Source: Candidatus Poribacteria bacterium (GTDB lineage Bacteria > Poribacteria > WGA-4E > UBA9662). From it: a stretch of DNA of 64,000 nucleotides. The position numbers and the translations under genes are program-made. Location of the stretch: positions 96,001 through 160,000 of the forward strand of contig JAYZAL010000088.1 of assembly GCA_036339735.1 (NCBI GenBank), read 5' to 3'. Shown here piece by piece: positions 61,138 through 64,000 of this stretch; position 1 is the stretch's first letter, and every line of letters starts with the position of its first letter. The notes beneath the pieces were generated by a model. That model saw only the letters and a program-made list of their open reading frames with translations. It had not been told where the DNA came from and ran no database searches.

Positions 61138-64000
61138 ATGTCAGTACTTCCAGAGATAACAATGCATCTAGGACAAGATTTTGGTGGCTTTTCGGTCACA
61201 GGGGTAACACCTCTTGAAACTTTACGTTCAGTAGCTTACCAACTTGAACATAAAAAAAGTGGAGCACGGATAATTCATCTGCATAGCGAAGATACAGAGA
61301 ATTTGTTTTCGGTTAGTTTCCCAACTCCCCCTCCGGACAACACCGGAGTCTCTCATATCCTCGAACATGCAGTTCTCGCAGGTTCATCTAAATACCCTGT
61401 CAAGGAACCTTTTTTTGAAATGATAAAAATGAGTATGGCAACATTTATCAACGCCATGACAGGTTCAGACTGTACATATTATCCGGTAGCAAGCAACGTT
61501 GAACAAGATCTATTCAACTTGGCTGAAGTCTATTTTGATGCAGTTTTTCACCCTTTACTGACTGACCAGACGTTTAGAAGAGAAGGACACCACTTTGCTC
61601 CTCTAGACCCAGAAAAACCGACCGGCGATTTGACCATCACGGGTATTGTCTACAATGAAATGAAGGGTGCATTTTCTGACCCAGAATCCCGACTTTACCG
61701 ATCCGTCTCACGTGCTCTTCTTCCTGACACAATCTATGGTAGAGAATCTGGAGGTGATCCAGATGCCATTCCCGATTTGACCTACGAAGGATTAAAAGAT
61801 TTTCATCGAACTTATTATCACCCAAGTAATAGTTATTTCTTCCTCTATGGAAATATACCAACCCAGAAGTATCTTGAATTTTTATCAGACAAACTCAGCA
61901 ATTTCAATCGTATTGGCATTAATACTAAAATTGAACCTCAGGTTCGGTGGAGTCAACCAAGATCCATAGTCGACAAATATCCGATTGGTGTGGATGAATC
62001 ATCTGAAGAAAAAACCTACTTGGCAATTGAGTGGTTAATTGGTGATGCCACTGATGCTGAGGATGTTGCCCTACTTTACATTCTCAGCCTCATTTTGCTA
62101 GGCAATGAAGCTGCCCCTTTAAAAAAAGCAATTATCGGATCAAACTTAGGCGCCGATATTATTGCTTCAGGAATAGGTGGAATAGGTAAAGAAAGTACCT
62201 TTAGTCTTGGCCTGAAGGGTAGCGAACCTGATTGTCTTGACGATTTTGTCCAATTAGTGACCGAAACCCTCTCCGAAATTGCTGACAGTCCAATCGATCC
62301 CGAAAGAGTAGAGGCTGCTTTTCAGCAATCGTCGTATCACTACCTCGAAATCCAATCAATGTTCCCATTACATATGATGAGACGAGTAATTAACTCATGG
62401 ATTTATGATAAGGATCCTTTGGTGTTCTTGCGGATGAATGAGCATCTGTCCAATTGTAAACGTCGCTATGAATCCGATCCACAACTGTTTAACCAATTAA
62501 TACGTTCGCGTCTGTTGAAAAATTCTCATCGTCTTACAGCCGTATTAAAACCTGATAGCCAAATGCAGGCAAAAAATGACATGGATTTTGCCGAGCGGAT
62601 GAAACAGGTACGCAGCCAATTTAGTGACGATCAAGTTGCACAAATTTCTGCTGACGCACGAGAACTAGACGAGTTAAATAGTCAACCCAATCCTCCTGAG
62701 TTGCTAGCAAAATTACCACAGTTAAAAATTCATGATTTGCCAAATCGACTCACACACATCCAGACAGAAGTGGAAGTAATTGATGGTGTCGAACTTTTAC
62801 AAAATAACGTCTTCGCCAACGGTGTCAACTACTTAGCTTTAAACTTTAGTTTGAAAGGAATGCCACCCGAACTCTGGTCTTATTTGCCTCGTTATACCGA
62901 ATCAATTCGGAAAATGGGGGCTGCGGGTATGAGTTATGAACAAATTGCTCAACGGTCATCAGCATTCACTGGTGGAATTTCCTGCCAAGCCGACTTCGGT
63001 ACTTGTATCGATGATCCACATCATTCCTCCTGGAACGTCCAGTTTAATTTGAAAGCACTAGACAACCAAATTTCTTCCGCCTTAAAGGTGTTACACGATT
63101 TGCTGTTTTCAGTTGATCCAAGCGACAAGAGACGCTTACAGGATGTACTTCAGCAGGCACAAGCTAGATATCGAACTAACATGGTTTATGACGGTTCAGG
63201 GACAGCAACTAGCCATGCGGCACGGGGTTTAACGATTGAAGGGTATTTGTCTGAAATCGTGTATGGATTACCACAATTGTCACTTGTGGAAGGATTTAAT
63301 AATAATTTTGATGCCCATAGTGACGATATTATAAGTCAAATCGAATCTATACGTGATTTTTTGTTAGTTGGTGGTCGAATGACTGCAAGTTTCACTGGCT
63401 CAAGAGATTCAGCTCAAGAAGTACAACAGACCTTAAAAGATTGGATCTCGAAAATGAGTCGTGAATCCATCGTTAATTCTCCAACCGACTTTAAACGATA
63501 CGAGGTTTCACCTTGCGAGGGATTAGCTGCCCCAATTCAAGTAGCTCACTGTGCGCAAGTGATTCCAGCCCCTCATTACTCCCATCCAGATAGAACACCT
63601 CTGATGGTGGGAGCGCACCTAGTTCGACTTGAGTATATTATGAACGAAATTCGATTTAGGGGTAATGCTTATGGGGCTATGTTTAATTATAGTCCACTCG
63701 GTAGTACACTAACCCTCGGTTCCTACCGAGACCCGCACATTAGTAGAACCTTAGAGGTTTTTTCTGGTGTTTCTGACTATATTCGCAAGGTTGAGTGGAC
63801 CCAAACTGACATTGACCGCGCTATCATAGCCACCGCAAAACAGTTTGAAAGACCCATTCGACCGGAAGTTGCAACTAGTCAGGCTTTATATCGACACTTA
63901 ATTGGACAAACCCCTGAAATTCGAGAGCAGTATTATGATGAACTTCTGAGTGTCACTCCTCAAGAAGTAAAAAGAGCTCTATTGGATCTGTTAGAAAATA
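61138..64000 (+). CDS. M16C insulinase-family metallopeptidase (presequence protease PreP/Cym1-like), 3' end outside the window
   Basis: Not in the ORF track because there is no stop in the window. Read by hand from ATG 61138: H.KSGA...H, F.TPP.D.TGV.HILEH.VL.GS.KYPVK.PF, FINAMT..D.T.YP, GIVYNEMKG, SGGDP..IP.LTYE, YYHPSN, EIR..G.AYG, SYRDP. Confidence 0.92.
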   Translation, partial: MSVLPEITMHLGQDFGGFSVTGVTPLETLRSVAYQLEHKKSGARIIHLHSEDTENLFSVSFPTPPPDNTGVSHILEHAVLAGSSKYPVKEPFFEMIKMSMATFINAMTGSDCTYYPVASNVEQDLFNLAEVYFDAVFHPLLTDQTFRREGHHFAPLDPEKPTGDLTITGIVYNEMKGAFSDPESRLYRSVSRALLPDTIYGRESGGDPDAIPDLTYEGLKDFHRTYYHPSNSYFFLYGNIPTQKYLEFLSDKLSNFNRIGINTKIEPQVRWSQPRSIVDKYPIGVDESSEEKTYLAIEWLIGDATDAEDVALLYILSLILLGNEAAPLKKAIIGSNLGADIIASGIGGIGKESTFSLGLKGSEPDCLDDFVQLVTETLSEIADSPIDPERVEAAFQQSSYHYLEIQSMFPLHMMRRVINSWIYDKDPLVFLRMNEHLSNCKRRYESDPQLFNQLIRSRLLKNSHRLTAVLKPDSQMQAKNDMDFAERMKQVRSQFSDDQVAQISADARELDELNSQPNPPELLAKLPQLKIHDLPNRLTHIQTEVEVIDGVELLQNNVFANGVNYLALNFSLKGMPPELWSYLPRYTESIRKMGAAGMSYEQIAQRSSAFTGGISCQADFGTCIDDPHHSSWNVQFNLKALDNQISSALKVLHDLLFSVDPSDKRRLQDVLQQAQARYRTNMVYDGSGTATSHAARGLTIEGYLSEIVYGLPQLSLVEGFNNNFDAHSDDIISQIESIRDFLLVGGRMTASFTGSRDSAQEVQQTLKDWISKMSRESIVNSPTDFKRYEVSPCEGLAAPIQVAHCAQVIPAPHYSHPDRTPLMVGAHLVRLEYIMNEIRFRGNAYGAMFNYSPLGSTLTLGSYRDPHISRTLEVFSGVSDYIRKVEWTQTDIDRAIIATAKQFERPIRPEVATSQALYRHLIGQTPEIREQYYDELLSVTPQEVKRALLDLLEN

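Noticed and set aside
302-61861. Many short ORFs (60-190 aa) overlapping longer genes, e.g. 302-568, 12885-13202, 20915-21223, 39156-39725, 61637-61861
   Set aside because: Shadow or alternate-frame ORFs inside well-supported CDSs, with no motifs or RBS
1-64000. tRNA, rRNA, CRISPR arrays, IS elements, known riboswitches
   Set aside because: No T-loop or cloverleaf, regularly spaced repeats, transposase or integrase ORFs, or riboswitch consensus recognised by eye; an Infernal/tRNAscan run would be needed to exclude them fully

Overview
Bacterial, AT-rich window with about 43 mostly single-gene CDSs; by hand count only about 77% is coding. No rRNA, tRNA, CRISPR array or intact mobile element was seen. 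Content is mainly catabolic and secreted: 2 sulfatases, 2 PhyH dioxygenases, 2 carbon-nitrogen hydrolases, 3 beta-helix polysaccharide lyase-like proteins, GH31, a six-hairpin glycosidase, a SASA esterase, 2 DUF6785/DUF6784-type membrane proteins, zwf, and a PreP-like M16 peptidase running off the right end. The gene mix, the dockerin + 'LLANYPNPFNPETWIP' tail and a short C-terminal 'V-D-x3-K-L-T-x2-W-G-x-I-K' tail suggest Candidatus Poribacteria (inference). Main observations: (1) a shared ~16-aa C-terminal tag on four secreted proteins with three unrelated cores, a candidate sorting signal; (2) a diverged ~340-bp non-coding repeat at ~19.2 kb and ~34.1 kb with a conserved hairpin; (3) a divergent reduced sigma-70/ssb pair separated by two palindromic boxes 40 bp apart; (4) a G1PDH-like gene next to a variant AlkB-like gene; (5) a decayed sulfotransferase-like pseudogene.
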